Numbered from the stretch's first letter, positions 13,820 through 27,950 are shown. The stretch: 64,000 bases of DNA from Camelus dromedarius (GCF_036321535.1 NC_087436.1:12338001-12402000); one strand, 5' to 3'. Notes: generated by a model not told the origin, from the letters alone. Program-made: numbers and translations.

Positions 13820-16800
13820 CACGAAAACCTCCATCAGAACCTAAAGGGATGTGCATAATGGAGAGAAGATGTATTTCTTTTTTAAAATGAAGATTTTAGC
13901 ACAAATGTTTTATATGACAAGTTTGAGCAGAAGGAAACTGCAAGACCAGAATTATCTATGAACTAAAAGAGAAGTTTCCAGTTTCCTGATCAGCATTGCC
14001 AGGATATTTGAACTTTATTCTTGACAGTATAAGTATAAATAAATCTGGTGAACGAGCATCTCATGCTTCAAAGAAGACTTCGCAGCCTTTATTCACAGCT
14101 CAACATAGATGCTTCACAATTCAGACAGTTCTGTTCAGGGTCTGTGACCCTGAAGAGTGTTCTTTTTGACAATTTTTTAATATATAGGAGAAATATAATG
14201 ACCCTGCAGGTCATAAACTGGAAAACCCTCACTTCGTATCTTACGATCATTGCTTTGGCTTGGTATCTCGAAGACAACGTAAACCAGATCTATCTAAAGT
14301 GCTGTGCAACGGGAGTCATTTCAGGGTGGCTTGTACTTTAAGTGTGGGTGTGCCCAATGTTTGGAAACTGGAATATTTCAGCTTCATTATTTTCACTTGC
14401 AGGCTAAACTAACCTCCTTGCAACATAAAAAAGATCTTGAGACCATTTCATTTTACTGACATTTTGATAAGTTTGAAATGTCAGTAGTATCTATTATTGA
14501 AGTTAACTGTAGACGTCATTTACGTAAGAGCTGGAAAATGCCCGGATGATAGGTAAACTCAGTTCTTTTTCCCTGCTGCCTTTTCCCACCAAATCCAAGA
14601 AGCCTTGTGATGTCTTGTGAACATGATGAGAAAACTCCCGACAGGTGTGAACAGGATTCTTCCAAGTGACTGCCTGGATGGCTCCTACTCAAGTTCCACT
14701 GCTGCTATTGTCTTTCTTTTGTTGTTGATCTGTTGTAGTTGTTACTGTTGGTGTTGTCATGGTTAATGTTGTATTTTTTTTTTAAATGAAATGAAATGAA
14801 GCGAAAGTAACCCTTGTAAGAATTGAAAGATATCTTTCTTTCTCTTCCTAGGAATCAGTTTTTTAAAAAATGCAATGTTGGAAAAAAAGGATTTGTTTCT
14901 GAAAGACTTTCTATGGTGCTATTCTATAAACATTTTTTAAACAAAGTTTTTGACCTTTGAGCCAACCACCTGTAGACTATGAACGTCTCTCTCTGTCTAG
15001 ATGGTAGCACTTGAAGACTCAAGACTTGTTACATGTAACAAAAGGATATCATTGCAAGGGCAGCCCCTGTCCTATGGAACAACTACTTATAATGCCTTAG
15101 AATTCTGTCACGTGATCGAGCAGATCCTCCTAAAAGACACTTTTTGAAAGTTGAACATAATAGTCTATGTTAATTAGCATCTCTATGAGGAAAATCCATT
15201 TCTGTGACTGAGAGCATTGTATATAAATATGATGACCTGCTTTTACTGTAGAAGATGAATTTTCTGCTTTAAAGCCAGGGTTTTTTTTTTTTTTAAATAT
15301 TAATGTCTGTATATGTGAGATTGAGTGAGTGAAGCTACAAGAAAGTGAAAAGTAGTGGGTGAATGAAAAGTTTAAGTTTATGTGCCAAGTTCTACTAGAA
15401 TCTTATTTGAATTTGCACCTTTCTTAGGATGTTTCATGGACAAATAATGGAAACTTCTAATTATTATCAACCCATTTAAAAAAAGGCTCCTTCCTTTAGA
15501 GAAACTCTATTTTGATATTTTTGATGTTGATATAGATTGCTATTGAAGTAGCTTTGGTTCTGTTACCTGTCCATGAACATTCAAAATCTAATAAAATTGA
15601 GAATTTGTCTTCATTTTACAAAATTAAACTATACACACAGATTTAGCTTATTTGTTTTTTGTCATTGTTGCCTTGAAAAAGCTCTTCTTGCATATGAATT
15701 GTAATATGTAAATACATTTTTAAAAGCAATTTTTCGATCTTATTGAATGTTACTTTGGAAATGTATAACCGTTGCCTGCAATATAATGAGCTTTTTAGTG
15801 GAGCTGATTTATTCCAGTAACAACTTCTACATTTTTTTCACTAATCTCCAATTAGCCAAAATATTAGGAATGGGAAAGAGAGGTGAAAAAAAGCGTTAAC
15901 CCTAGCCACTATACTGTATCCAGCCCAGTAGTAGGCACATGCACTAACTCTCTTTAAACTTTATGCCACCCTTTGAGAACTGTGGTCATGCTCTCACTTT
16001 GTTTAGGAACTGAGGTTCAAAGAAGGTATATAATGTTCGCAGGGTCACAGTGCAAAGTTAGATGTTAGAACCCAGATTGTCTGATATACAAATCTGTGCT
16101 TGTTCTACAAAAGATAGTAGAATCAATCTTGACATACATCAGTAGTAGATATATTTTTGTGATGAAACTTCTACAGGTGAACTCAAGTTTAGAGATGCAT
16201 TGCAGTAAAACTTTCAGGATAAGCATTGTTCTTTTCAGTAATAGCATGACAAGTCAAATATCAACTGTGGCTATCTTTAAGAACCACAGTTAGTACTAGA
16301 AATTAAAAAAAAAATTACTAGATAGTCTAGAGTTAGTAACTATGGGCCTTTTGTTAAAATAAATACATTAAATTATTTTATCTGGTGTGGTAGGAGAAGT
16401 GTAGTGTTCTACTTTAATAAATATTGTGGATATTCTGGTTGACATCTTTTTAGGCCACAATGAGCTGCATTTGATACAAACAAGAAGTATTTAAAAGGCG
16501 TACAACAGAGGTGTTGTCTTAAATTAGGACTTCAATGGGAACATTAATTTTTATTGTACCTTATGTCAGATATCAGCTCACTGTATATTATTTTTATAGT
16601 AATTCAACTTTGGCTTAAGTGTGTTGTTAAATTCAAGTACAGTTTCATTGTTATTTTGTTCATAACTGTTAATTACTGTTCCAGGCATTTTATTAGTTTT
16701 GTAAATTTATTTTTAACCATTATGTCAACTCCTACATTCATCTTGGTTGTGCTCTCTATTTGCCAAAGTTCTAACTCCTATAAAATCCTCACAGACTACA

Positions 16801-16945
16801 CGGAAAAAACTGCTCACACTTAATGATTTTATTAAATTATTTTTAAAAGTCAATTTTGACTATTAATCTAGTTTATGGAGGAGATCATGACTTAACATAA
16901 CTGCACAAAAGAACATTTTAAATAAATATATGTGAAACAGCAATC
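13820..16945 (+). other. TLL1: TLL1 3' UTR (end approximate) with several candidate AATAAA signals
   Basis: AT-rich, largely unique sequence after the stop. AATAAA near 14038, 15590, 16415 and 16921. The true cleavage site cannot be determined from sequence. Confidence 0.55.
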
Positions 16946-18223
16946 CTATTTCCAAAGTCCCCAAATGTCCCTTGCCTGGATTGGCTGGATTTTTGCTATC
17001 TATGGTTAACTTTAGTATATCACAATCTCAGATACAAATTCTGTCCAATTTTATTTTTAAATACCTTGGTATCTTTTATTTGGTTTCTATTACTATATTT
17101 TTGATAGCCTCAAATAATGAAATTTTATTCTCACACATTAAAAAATCTCTAAAAGCATCTAATTATTATTCTTCACAAGGGTAAAAGTTTTTTAAGAAAC
17201 ATTTGTTCCATATTTTCTTAGATTTAGTAAACTATAGCCATGTGTGACATTAAAAATAACTTTTACTTAAAGCAATTATCAAAATGGTTGGCAATTTTAT
17301 TTAGCAACAATTCTATTTTAGTGAGAATATTTTATATGAAGGAAAACCTTTAGGACCACTTGTTAAAGCCAGCATAGAAGGTGGTAAACAAGAAAAACAA
17401 TGGCCATGTAAAAATCTATATAACCTAAAATGAAGTAATGCCTTCTGTTTTATGAGGAAAAAAATGTTAACAGCTTATCAAAGAGAAAAAAATGATGGTC
17501 TATGAATAAATTGAAGCTTTTTTTACCTTCATTGCAAATTAAATAATTGCAATTAAATAAATTAAAAAGAATAAAATACCTAGGAATTAACAGTTGCTAG
17601 TGAATATTTAACTTTTAGTCTTTTAGTGCTATTTTTATAACGTTGAGAAATTTAGCTTAGGAAATGATGGAAAGGCTGGCTCCTATACAGTGTGAAATAT
17701 TATTAATCTCCAAAATTTCTTTTGATGTGTGCTTTCTAATTGTCTTGCCTTCAACCAGCCTGCCTTTCACTCTGCACAAGTGTATTCGACCTGAATTCAG
17801 ACTTATCACATAATTTGAGTCAATACCATGAGACCTACCTGGTGCAGAGGTAAATGTAGGGTGATTCCAAAAAACATGTAAGGCCCTGAGCATGTCTCAC
17901 ATATATAAGGCATAATTGTAATATGAAACATCTGAGTGCATTTTACTACCATTTGTGGGGAATTATTCCAAACAGTGTGGTTTAGACTTTCAGACAAGAT
18001 ACCAATATCCACTGTCTTCTTCCTTGCATTTGTGCTTTATAAAATTTCAACTTTTGTATAATATAACTTATTTTGAATCAGTCAAATATTTTCAGCTTAT
18101 AAACAAAATTATCCATTCTCAAGATGGGAAGTGAAGCTGGGATAGCATAACAGAATTTTGATACTTATTCATATAATCATTTAACAGCAAAAATTAACAA
18201 TATAATCTTATAAAAAGCACCTA

Positions 18224-20419
18224 GGGAGGTGACCAAGATGGCAAAGGAGGAAGATCCTGACCTCACCAATTACCAGTAATGAAATTGAATTAGTAATATA
18301 AATCTCCCAATAGGCAAAAATTCAGGAATAGACAGCTTTACAGGTGAGACCTATCAAATATTTAAAGAATAGGTAACATTTATCCTTCTCAAACTAGTCC
18401 AAAATATTGAAGAGGAAGTAATACTTCTGAACTAATTCTACAAGGCCAACATCAACCTGATACCAAAACCAGACAAAATCATCACACACAAAAAAGGGAA
18501 AAATACAAGACCAATATCACTGAAGAACACAGATGAAAAATCCTTAACAGATACCAGCATACCAAATTGAATAATACATTAGTGGGATCATGCACCATGC
18601 TTAAGCAGGATTTCCACCAGGAATACAAGGATGGTTCAATATCTGCATATCAATCTCTGTGCTATACCACATTAACAAGCTGAAGAATAAAAACCATATA
18701 ATCATCTCAATAGATGCAAAAAAGCTTTTGACAAAATATCCATTTATGATAAAAAAAAAAAACTCTCAAGAAAATGGGTATAGAGAGACTATACCTCAAC
18801 ATAATAAAAGCCATATAAGATAAACCAGCAGCCAACATCATACTTAATGGTGAAATTTTGAAAACATTTTCTCTAAGATCCGGAACAAGACAAGGATGCC
18901 CACACTTATTGTTTTTATTCAACATAGTATTGGAAGTCCTAGCCACAGCAATGAGACCAAAAGAAAAGAAAAAAAGAAAGATAAAAAGAAAAGAAAATAA
19001 AGAAAAGGAATTCATGGGAAAAGAAGAAGAGTCACTGTTTAGAAATGAAATAACAGTATATAAAGAAAATCCTAAAGAGGCTACCAAAAATATATTAGAA
19101 CTAATAAATGATTGTAGTACAGTTGCAGGATACAAAATTGATAAATAGAAATCTATGCACACTGGCAAAAAACTATATATAAAAAAGAGAAAATATGAGA
19201 ACAATTTCATTTACATTTAAATTAAAAAGAATAAAATACTTAGGAATGAATCTAACCAAGGAGGTAAAAACCTGCATTTGGAAAACTATGAGACACTGAG
19301 AAAGAAGCTGAAGACACACAAACAAATGGAAAAATATACTGTGCTCATTGATTGAAATAATAAACACTATTAAAATGATCATACTCCCCAAGACAATCTA
19401 CAGATTCAACTCCTAAGTTAATACCAATGACATTTTTCACAGAATTAGGACAAGGAATTCTAAAATTTGTATGGAAATACAAAAGACCCCAAATAGAAAA
19501 CAGAACCTTGAGAAAGGAGAGCAAAGCTGGAGGTATCATGTGCCCTAATTTCAAAGTATACTCAAAGCTACTGTAATCAAAGCGGTATGGTATTGCCACA
19601 AAAACAGTCACATCAGTAAGCAGAATAGAATAGTGCCCAGAAATAAACCCAAGGTTATATGGTCAAATTATCAATGACAAAGGAAGAATATGCAATGAGG
19701 AAAAGACAGCTTCTTCAATAAGTGGTGTTGAGAAAACTGGACAGTTATGTGTAAACTAATGGGATTAGAAATTTTTCTCACACCATACAGAAAAATAAAC
19801 CAAAAATGGATTAAAGGCTTAAAAGTAAGACCAAAAGCCATAAAACTGTTATGAGAAAATGTAGGCAGTACACCCTTTGACATCAGTCTTAGCAATATTT
19901 TATTGAATATGTCTCCTCAGGCAAGGCGAGAAAAAGCAAAATAAAAAAAAAAATAGGACTTCATCATACTAAAAAGTTTTGCACAGTAAAGGAAACTATC
20001 AACAAAACATAAAGACCACCTACTGAATGGGGGAAGATATTTACAAATGATATATCTGCCAATGGGTTATTACTACAACATACAAAGAACTCATACCACT
20101 CAATACAAAAAACAAACAGTTCAATTTTTAAAAATGGGCAGAAGAACTGAATAGACATTTTTCCAAACAAGACATACAGATGGCTAAGAGGAACATGAAG
20201 ATGGTCCATATCACTCATAATAAGGGAAATGTAAATCAAAATCACAATGAGATATTACCTCACACCTGTCAGAATGGCTACAGTCAAGAAGACAACAAGT
20301 AATAAATGTTGGCAAGGATGTGGAGAAAAAGGAAACTTTATGCACTGAGGGTGTGATTGTAAATTGGTGCAGTCACTCTAGAAAACAGTACAGAAGTTCC
20401 TCAAAAAACTAAACGTATA
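18224..20419 (+). mobile_element. L1: ~45-bp 5' head fused to a decayed ORF2 (RT and downstream), cut off at 20419
   Basis: Head 'ggaggtgaccaagatggc..cctgacctcacc' directly followed by ORF2-like sequence. ORF 18858-19148 contains '[24 protein letters not shown]', the L1 RT motif. Confidence 0.9.
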
Positions 20420-23044
20420 GAGGGCCAAGATGGTGGAGTAGAACACTCTTAGCTCACCCTCTCCCATGAATTCACCAAGAGAGACATACATGGACTCACC
20501 CATTCACCCAGAACACCTGCTGAACTTTTGACAGAACATTGCCTACTTTAAAAGACAAGATTCCTCAAAAATCTGGTAGGAGGGCAAAAAAAAAAAAAAA
20601 AAAAAAAAAAAGAAGAAGAAGAAAAAGGAAATCAGTGTGGGACCTGATCCACGGGGAGGGAGCAGCAAAGGAGGAATAGCACTCCTACACTGGGACACCC
20701 CTTCTCCAACAGAGAGGTCAGTGGGGATGGAGAGGGAACCTCCGAGGCTTGGAGGAGTGCATGGCAGCCGCTTGGCTGATAGAACTGAGAGAAACCAGCA
20801 CAAAGGGCCCCTGCAATCCCAAGCCCTGGGCACAAGCCGTCAGGGGTGGGCCAGGACGGGCTGCCTGAGCCCAGGCAGAGGGCTGGGGCTGACTGTGCAG
20901 AGGCAGCCTCAAGGGACTGCAGTGTGCTGTGGGCTGTGGCTGGTAGTGTATACAGAATAGAACAGCATGGTCCTCCATAAAAAAATGCACTGTTGGTGCT
21001 CATTGGGGGAAGGTGCCCAAAGCATCTGGGCCATAGCCATTGTCTCCACAGGCCCATGGCACCATTGCTGGTGCACTCTCCCGAGAAGAGAGGCAGGACT
21101 CAGCTATAGCCATCATATTTGCTGGTGCATCAATCCCAGGCAGAGGCGAGGTTGAACCCTGAATCCATACCCAGGGGCTCTGCAACTTCACAGGTGGGAC
21201 TGAGATTTGTTTACAGCCCCAAGCAGAGGGGACCAATTTGTTGAACAGGTGCTTTATGGACCCACACTTCTAAGAAAAAATGAGCAAGGAGTGGAGTTCT
21301 GGAACACAGCAGGGGCAAGTGCAGGTGCAGAGTTTTCAGCAGATATACATACTATACATGGATGAGGTCTGGGGATGGCACTGACCAAGCAGTGCACCAT
21401 GGATTCAGGTATCTGATTGCATAAACACTATAGTGGACCTTGGTGCCTGACATTGGTGGATCTGAACTGGTAGCTCTGAGGGCACAGAACTTGGGAGACA
21501 TCAGAGCAGAGTACTGACATTCTTGCGATTAAAGCAGGGACAAGGGCAGCATCAACAAAGGGTACCTGAAGTGCTCCAACCCCGCCTACAGCACGCTGCA
21601 GGTCAGAAACACATCTGGAAGCCTCCATTCCAGCAAAAGTGGAACAGCCCCTGAGAGGGCTGTGCCAACCACAGTGCTAAAAGAAGGCCCTGCTCAACAA
21701 CCAGGGCAGGTTCTGATCACCACAACACTGGCTGCACCCCTAATCAAAGCTATAACAGCCAACACACATGGAAAAAAGACATGGCAACCATCTGTACTAC
21801 AAACAGACCTCATGAGAAAATTATTAGATGCATACTGTCTACACAGTAATGCATTCTCTTAAAAAACAGCTCTTCAGGACCACAGTAGCAAACTGATACT
21901 CCTTAATCCAGAGAGCCAGAGAGATATAAATGACATAAAGAAGCAGAGGAACTACTCCCAAATAAAACAACAAGAGATGTCCCCTGAAACAACAATCAAT
22001 GAAATAGAACTTAACAGTCTATTAGATCATGAAATCAAAAGGGATGATAAAAGGATGAAGAAAATAAGAGAGACTATGAATAAACATGCAGGATACTGTA
22101 AAAAGGAAACAGAAAATATAAAGAGGAACAAATTATAAATAGAAAACTCAATGACTGAGATAAGAGGCAATCTAAAGTCAGTAAAAAGCATACACAATAA
22201 TGCAGAGGGATGAATAAGTAACTTAGAAGGCAGGAAAACAGAAATCATACAATCAGAACAAGAGACAGAAAAGCAAGAGAAACCTAATGAAAGCAATATA
22301 AAGGACCTATGGGATAATATAAAGCATGCCAACCTATGCATAATAGGGGCCTCAGAAGGAGAAGAAGGAGAAAAGGGAATTGAAAAGATATTTGAAGAAA
22401 CCATGACTGAAAACTTCCCAAATCTAAAGACGGAATCAGATATCCAAGTACAGAAACCACAGAGGGTCCCAAACAAGAACACAAATAGACCTATACCAAG
22501 ACGTTATAATTAAGATGGCCAAGGTTAAAGATAAAGACATGATTCTAAAGGCAGCAAGAGAAAAGCAAATAGTTACAAGGGAACCCCCATAAGGCTTTCA
22601 GTTGATTTTTCAACACAAACATTGCAGGCCAGAAAGGAGTGGCAAGATATATTCAAAGTCCTGAATGAGAAAAAGCTGCAACCTAGGACACTCTATCCAG
22701 CAAGAGTGTTCGTTAGAATAGAAGGAGAGATAAAGAATTTCACAGACAAGCAACAACTAAAAGAATTTAGCAATACTAAACTTATGCTAAAAGAAATTTG
22801 AAAAGTCTGTTCTAAATAGAAAAGAAGCAGGATGCTATGGAAAGGGGAAAACCATAATTGGAAATACAATACCTACAATCAGTTGCCATAAAATAATGAA
22901 GACGTAAAAAAGGATATCAGAACCATGTAAGGTGGGAGAGGGGAGCAAGAAAATATAGACTTTTTCTTTTTCATTTTATCATTCTTTTTAGGATGTGTTT
23001 GAACTTATATAACTATCAGTTTAAAGTAAATAGATACAGTAATG
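20420..23044 (+). mobile_element. L1 5' UTR, decayed ORF1 and inter-ORF spacer, without ORF2
   Basis: 'ggccaagatggtggagtag' head, GC-rich 5'UTR, then ORF1-like A-rich region ~21930-22815 ('aaaacttcccaaatct', 'caggccagaaaggagtggcaagatatattcaaagt'). Confidence 0.88.
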
Positions 23045-24525
23045 GAGAAGGTGGCCAAGACGGCGGAGTAGATGGACACTCTTAGTTCAGCCTCTCCCAT
23101 GAATACACCAAGAGAGACATCCACGGACCCACCCATTCACTCAGAACACCTGCTGAACTTTGACAGAACATTGCGGACAATAAAAATGTAGAAGAAGAAA
23201 AAAGGAAATTACTGGGGGACTAGTTCTGTGAGGAGAGAACAGCAAAAGACAAATAACACTCTCATGCTGGGGCTCCCTCTCCAGCTGAGAGGTCAGCAGG
23301 GACAGAGGGGGAACCTCTGAAGCTCAGATCTGTGCAAAGCAGGCCTTGACCGAGAGAACTGAGTGAAATGAGCACAAAAGGTCCTCATTAGCAAATGGGA
23401 CCTAATTAAACTTACGAGCTTGTGCACAGCAAAGGAAACCATGAGCAAAAGAAAATGACAACCTCTGGAATGGGAGAAAATATTTGCAAGCGATGAGACT
23501 GACAAAGGCTTAATTTCCAGAATACATAAACAGCTCATACAACTTAATAACAAACGAACAAACAAACCCCAATCTAAAAATGGGCAGAAGACCTAAATAA
23601 GCAATTCTCCAATGAAGACAAACAAATGGCCAATAAGCACATGAAAAAATGCTCAGTATCACTAATTATCAGAGAAATTCAAATCAAAACTACAATGAGG
23701 TGTCACCTCACACCAGACAAAATGGCCATCATTCAAAAGTCCATGAACAATAAATGCTGGAGAGGGTGTGGAGAAAAGGGAAGCCTCCTACACTGTTGAT
23801 GGGAATGTAGTTTGGTGCAGCCATTATGGAAAACAGTATGGAGATTCCTCAAAAAACTAAAAATAGACTTATCATATGATCCAGCAATCCCACTCCTGGG
23901 CATATATCCAGAGGGAACCTTAATTCAAAAAGATACCTACACCTCAATGTTCATAGCAGCACTATATACAATAGCCAAGACATGGAACCAACCTAAATGT
24001 TCATCAAAGGATAACTAGATAAAGAAGTGGTGGTATATTTATACAGTGGAATGCTACTCTCAGCCATAAAATGATAAAATACTGCCATTTGCAGCAAGAT
24101 GGATGGACCTAGAGATCATCATTCTAAGTGAAGTAAGCCAGAAAGAGAAAGAAAAATATCATATGATATCACTCATCTGTGGAATCTAAAAAAAAAAAAA
24201 AGAGAAGAAAAAAGAAATGTACTTATATATAAAGCAGAAACAGACTCATAGACATAGAAAACAAACTTATGTTTACCAGGGATGAAGTGGGTGGGAAAGG
24301 ATAAACTGGGAGTTTGAGATTTGCAGATTCTGACTGGTATATATAAAATAGATAAACAAGTTTATACTGTATAGCACAGGGAACTATATTCAATATCTTG
24401 TAGTAGCTTATGGTGAAAAAGAATATGAAAATGAATATATGTAGATTCATGTGTGACTGAGGCATTGTGTTGTGCACCAGAAACTGATACAACATTGTAA
24501 ACTGACTATACCTCAATAACAAAAA
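23045..24525 (+). mobile_element. L1: ~340-bp 5' head fused to ORF2 C-terminus and 3' UTR
   Basis: Head 'ggccaagacggcggagtag..gaacacctgctgaactttgacagaacattgc' nearly repeats 20423-20542. At ~23390 it switches to 'caaatgggacctaattaaactt'. ORF 23812-24018 ([32 protein letters not shown]) is the ORF2 C-terminus. Ends 'tgtaaactgactatacctcaataa'. Confidence 0.9.
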
Positions 24526-25189
24526 TGTCATCCATGAATGTAGATAAATTAAATATCCTAATTATTTTTTTTAGCAATGACTTGTATAGAAACATGCCAT
24601 GTACATATACTTGTTAAGTTTAAGGATAAAACAAAAATTGAAAATGATCTGCTGGATGACAAAATAAAACTCAAAATTTTCTTTAGTTTAAAACACTGAA
24701 AAGTGATGCCCCAAACCAGATGATGATATTTAACAAATTAAAATAGCAAATTCAACATTTAGGTTCAAAGAACTTGTTGAATCATATGACACCTAGAAAA
24801 ATCACAAAACTTTGGTTGATTAGAAGTCCACAACATGAACCAAAAGTGAAACCCATCTCCTAGAAAAATTTTAACGTAAGCTCAGACTGTGTCTGCATTG
24901 TTCAGACCTTAAAAAGGGATTATTCCTTTGCACACATTGAACCACATCTAGGTTATTCTGTTCACCTTTACACACAACTCTCGAAGGACAAAATCAAATT
25001 ACATTGTCTGGCAAAGAACAACTAGGATGGTGATTTTTTTTATTCTTTCCTATTTTATTTATGTTCCTCTAGAGATAATCTATTCATGTATCAGACCATG
25101 TGTGTGTAATTATATATAAATATATATAATTATTTCATCCCACAGATGTTTTTTATTTCATTTTGTTTTGTTTTGTTTTTCGGTCTGGC

Positions 25190-26550
25190 TTTTTTAAAAC
25201 TGGAGTATAGTTGACTTACAATGTTGTGTTAGTTTCAGGTGTACAACAAAGTTACTTAGTTATATACATATATATTATATATATAATATTATATTATTCT
25301 TGATTATTTTCCATTATAAGTTACTACAATATATTGAATATAGTTCCCTGTACTATAAAACAAATCTTTGTTATTTATCTATTTTATATATGGCAGTGTG
25401 TATCTGTTATCCTATACTCCTAATTTATCCTTTTTCATGTGCCTGTCGGCCATCTGTATGTCTTCTTTGGAGAAATGTCTATTTAGGTCTTCTGCCCATT
25501 TTCTGATTGGGTTGTTGGGTTTTTTGATATTGAGTTGTATGAACTGTATGTGTATTTTGGAAATTAAGCCTTTGTCAGTTGCATCATTTGTAAATATTCT
25601 ATCTTAGTTTGAAGACTGTCTCTACTTTATTTATGGTTTCCTTTGCTCTGCAAAAGCTACTAAGTTTGAATAGATCCCATTAGTATAGTTTTGCTTTTAT
25701 TTCTTTTGATTTGGGACACTGACCCAAGAAAACATTGCTACCCTTATGTCAGAGAATGTTTTGTCCTTATTCTTTTCTAAGAGCTTTATGGTGTCATGTC
25801 TCATATTTAAGTCTTTAAGGAATTTTGAATTTGCTTGTGTGTATTGTCTGAGGGAGTGTTCTGACCTCATTGATTTACATACAGCTGTCCAGCTTTCCCA
25901 GCACCACTTGCTGAAAAGATTTTTTTTTCCTCCATTGTATATTCTTGCCTCCTTTGTTGAAGGTTCAGTAGCTGTGTAGGATTATTTCTGGACTCTATTG
26001 AATTCGATTATTCTATATGTCTGTTTTTGTGCTGATACCACACTGTTTTGATTACTATAGCTTTGTAGTGTTGTCTGAAGTCTCAAAGGGTTATGCCTTC
26101 AGCCTTCTTTTTTTCCTCAGGACTGCTTTGGCAATTCTTGGTCTTTTGTGGATCCATATAACTTTTAGGATTATTTGTCCTAGTTCTGTGAAAAATGTCT
26201 GAGTAATTTGATAGAGATTACATCAACTCTGTAGATTGCTTTGGGTAATATGGCCATTTCAACTATATTAATTCTTTCAGTCCAAGAAGGTAGGCTGTCT
26301 TTCCATTTCCTAGAATCTTTTTGATTTCCTTTATTGATGTTTTATTGTTCTCAGCACATCTTTTACCTCTGTGATTAGGTTTATTCCTAGGTATTTTTCT
26401 TACACAATTTTAAACAAGATTTTCTTTTTACTTTCTCTTTCTGATATTCCATTGTTAGTGTAAAGAAATGCAACATATTTGTGCATATTAATCTTGTATC
26501 CTGGTACCTTGCTGAATTCATTTATCAGTTCTAACAGTTTTTGTGTGGGG
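25190..26550 (-). mobile_element. 5'-truncated L1 (3' UTR and ORF2 3' part), antisense, with an internal deletion at ~25430
   Basis: 'tggagtatagttgacttacaatgttgtgttagtttcaggtgtaca' is an antisense L1 3' end. Antisense ORF2 'tttttcatgtgcctgtcggccatctgtatgtcttctttggagaaatg' follows abruptly. Confidence 0.88.
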
Positions 26551-27821
26551 AACAAGTCTATTTCACCTTAGAACTCACCAAATCTGACCTAGAATGTTAT
26601 TGATATGGGTATACTTACTTATCCAATGAATGAATGATGTTCAGAAGTGAAAAGATTATTAAACTTAAAAAATGTTTGCTAGGTAAATACTTCTGTAATC
26701 AAATATATTTCAGAAAAATGAAATAGAGTGAAAATGTTACATACACTACTGAAATTTTGTGTTGAAGTGTTTTCATTTTCTGAAGATCTGTGAGCTTTTT
26801 AAGGAACGTTTCAAAAATTATTTTTTGGTTTAAAATGATGTTTGTTTATTCTTGAGTTCATTCATTCAATAATTGTTTATTGCAAACTATACATTAGATA
26901 ACATTATACTATTAATTCAGATTTTATATACTACTAATATATTCTACTGAAGCTACCTGAAAATATTAAGAAAGTGCATAATATTCTGCTGCTTAAGATA
27001 TCAGTGGAAAGGCATTGTGCTTTAGGGTTGTGGAGAAAAGAGCCAGCTGTCTTCACTGTAACTATGTATGGCATAGCTTTGACATACTGTAAAATTCTTT
27101 TGAATTACCTTGAAAATATAAATCTAATGGGTTCTATAAAATGTAGACTCCTTCCTTAAAGGCTCTTTTTATTAATTTTTTTGCATTTTATTTTCTTAAA
27201 CCATATCTAAGTGAAAACTGTATTAGCCAAATGGATGGAAAAAATGAAGACAGTTGAGATTTTTGAATGAATATAAATATTTCAACAGGAGTAAATTAGT
27301 ATTGCACATATAAGGAAAATGTGGATACTGTCCTCTCATGGTGAACACTAGTACTATGATGGAATCATATTTGTTGAGTAGTAATTTATACTGGTCAGAA
27401 AGTTAATGGTAAGTGGTGAATGAAAAATCTTTTTCTTATGCAGAGTCTCACTTAAAAATGTTTGAAAACATCAACATGAAACAAATGTTGATCAAACTGA
27501 GTTTTTCAAACAAGGACAAGTTGAGAATAAACTGAACACAGCATTTAAAAAGTTGCATTGCACATATTGTTAAAAGTATATTTTTTTACTAAATTTCTTA
27601 TTTCTTGTTATATACATTTAGTTTTTCAATATGTTGATTTATTAAACATATATCTCAATGTGATTTGTTTATAAATAATCGTTGAACTGAAAATAAATTT
27701 CAGAGATAAGGAAAAAATATTGTTAACAAATTTAATTACTGGTCAATAAAAAAATAAATTCATTCAGACAATTTAACTAGGCTTAAGCTTCTTTTAAATT
27801 CAAAATAGTAGAAGTCCTTGT

Positions 27822-27950
27822 TATTTTTTGGAGAGGAGATAATTTGGTTTATTTATTCATTTGTTTATTTTTTTAATGGGGGTACTGGGGATTGAACCCA
27901 GGACCTCACCAATGCTATGCATGTGCCCTACCACTGAGCTATATTCCCCT
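27822..27950 (-). mobile_element. tRNA-derived SINE, Vic-1-like (camelid)
   Basis: Reverse complement GGGGAATATAGCTCAGTGGTAG..GAGGTCCTGGGTTCAATCCCCAGTACCCCCATTAAAAAAATAAAC has A box, B box and an A-rich tail, resembling the camelid SINE as I recall it. Confidence 0.8.

Noticed and set aside
27878..27950. tRNA gene
   Set aside because: Has A and B boxes but a degenerate body and a SINE-type tail, so it is a SINE.
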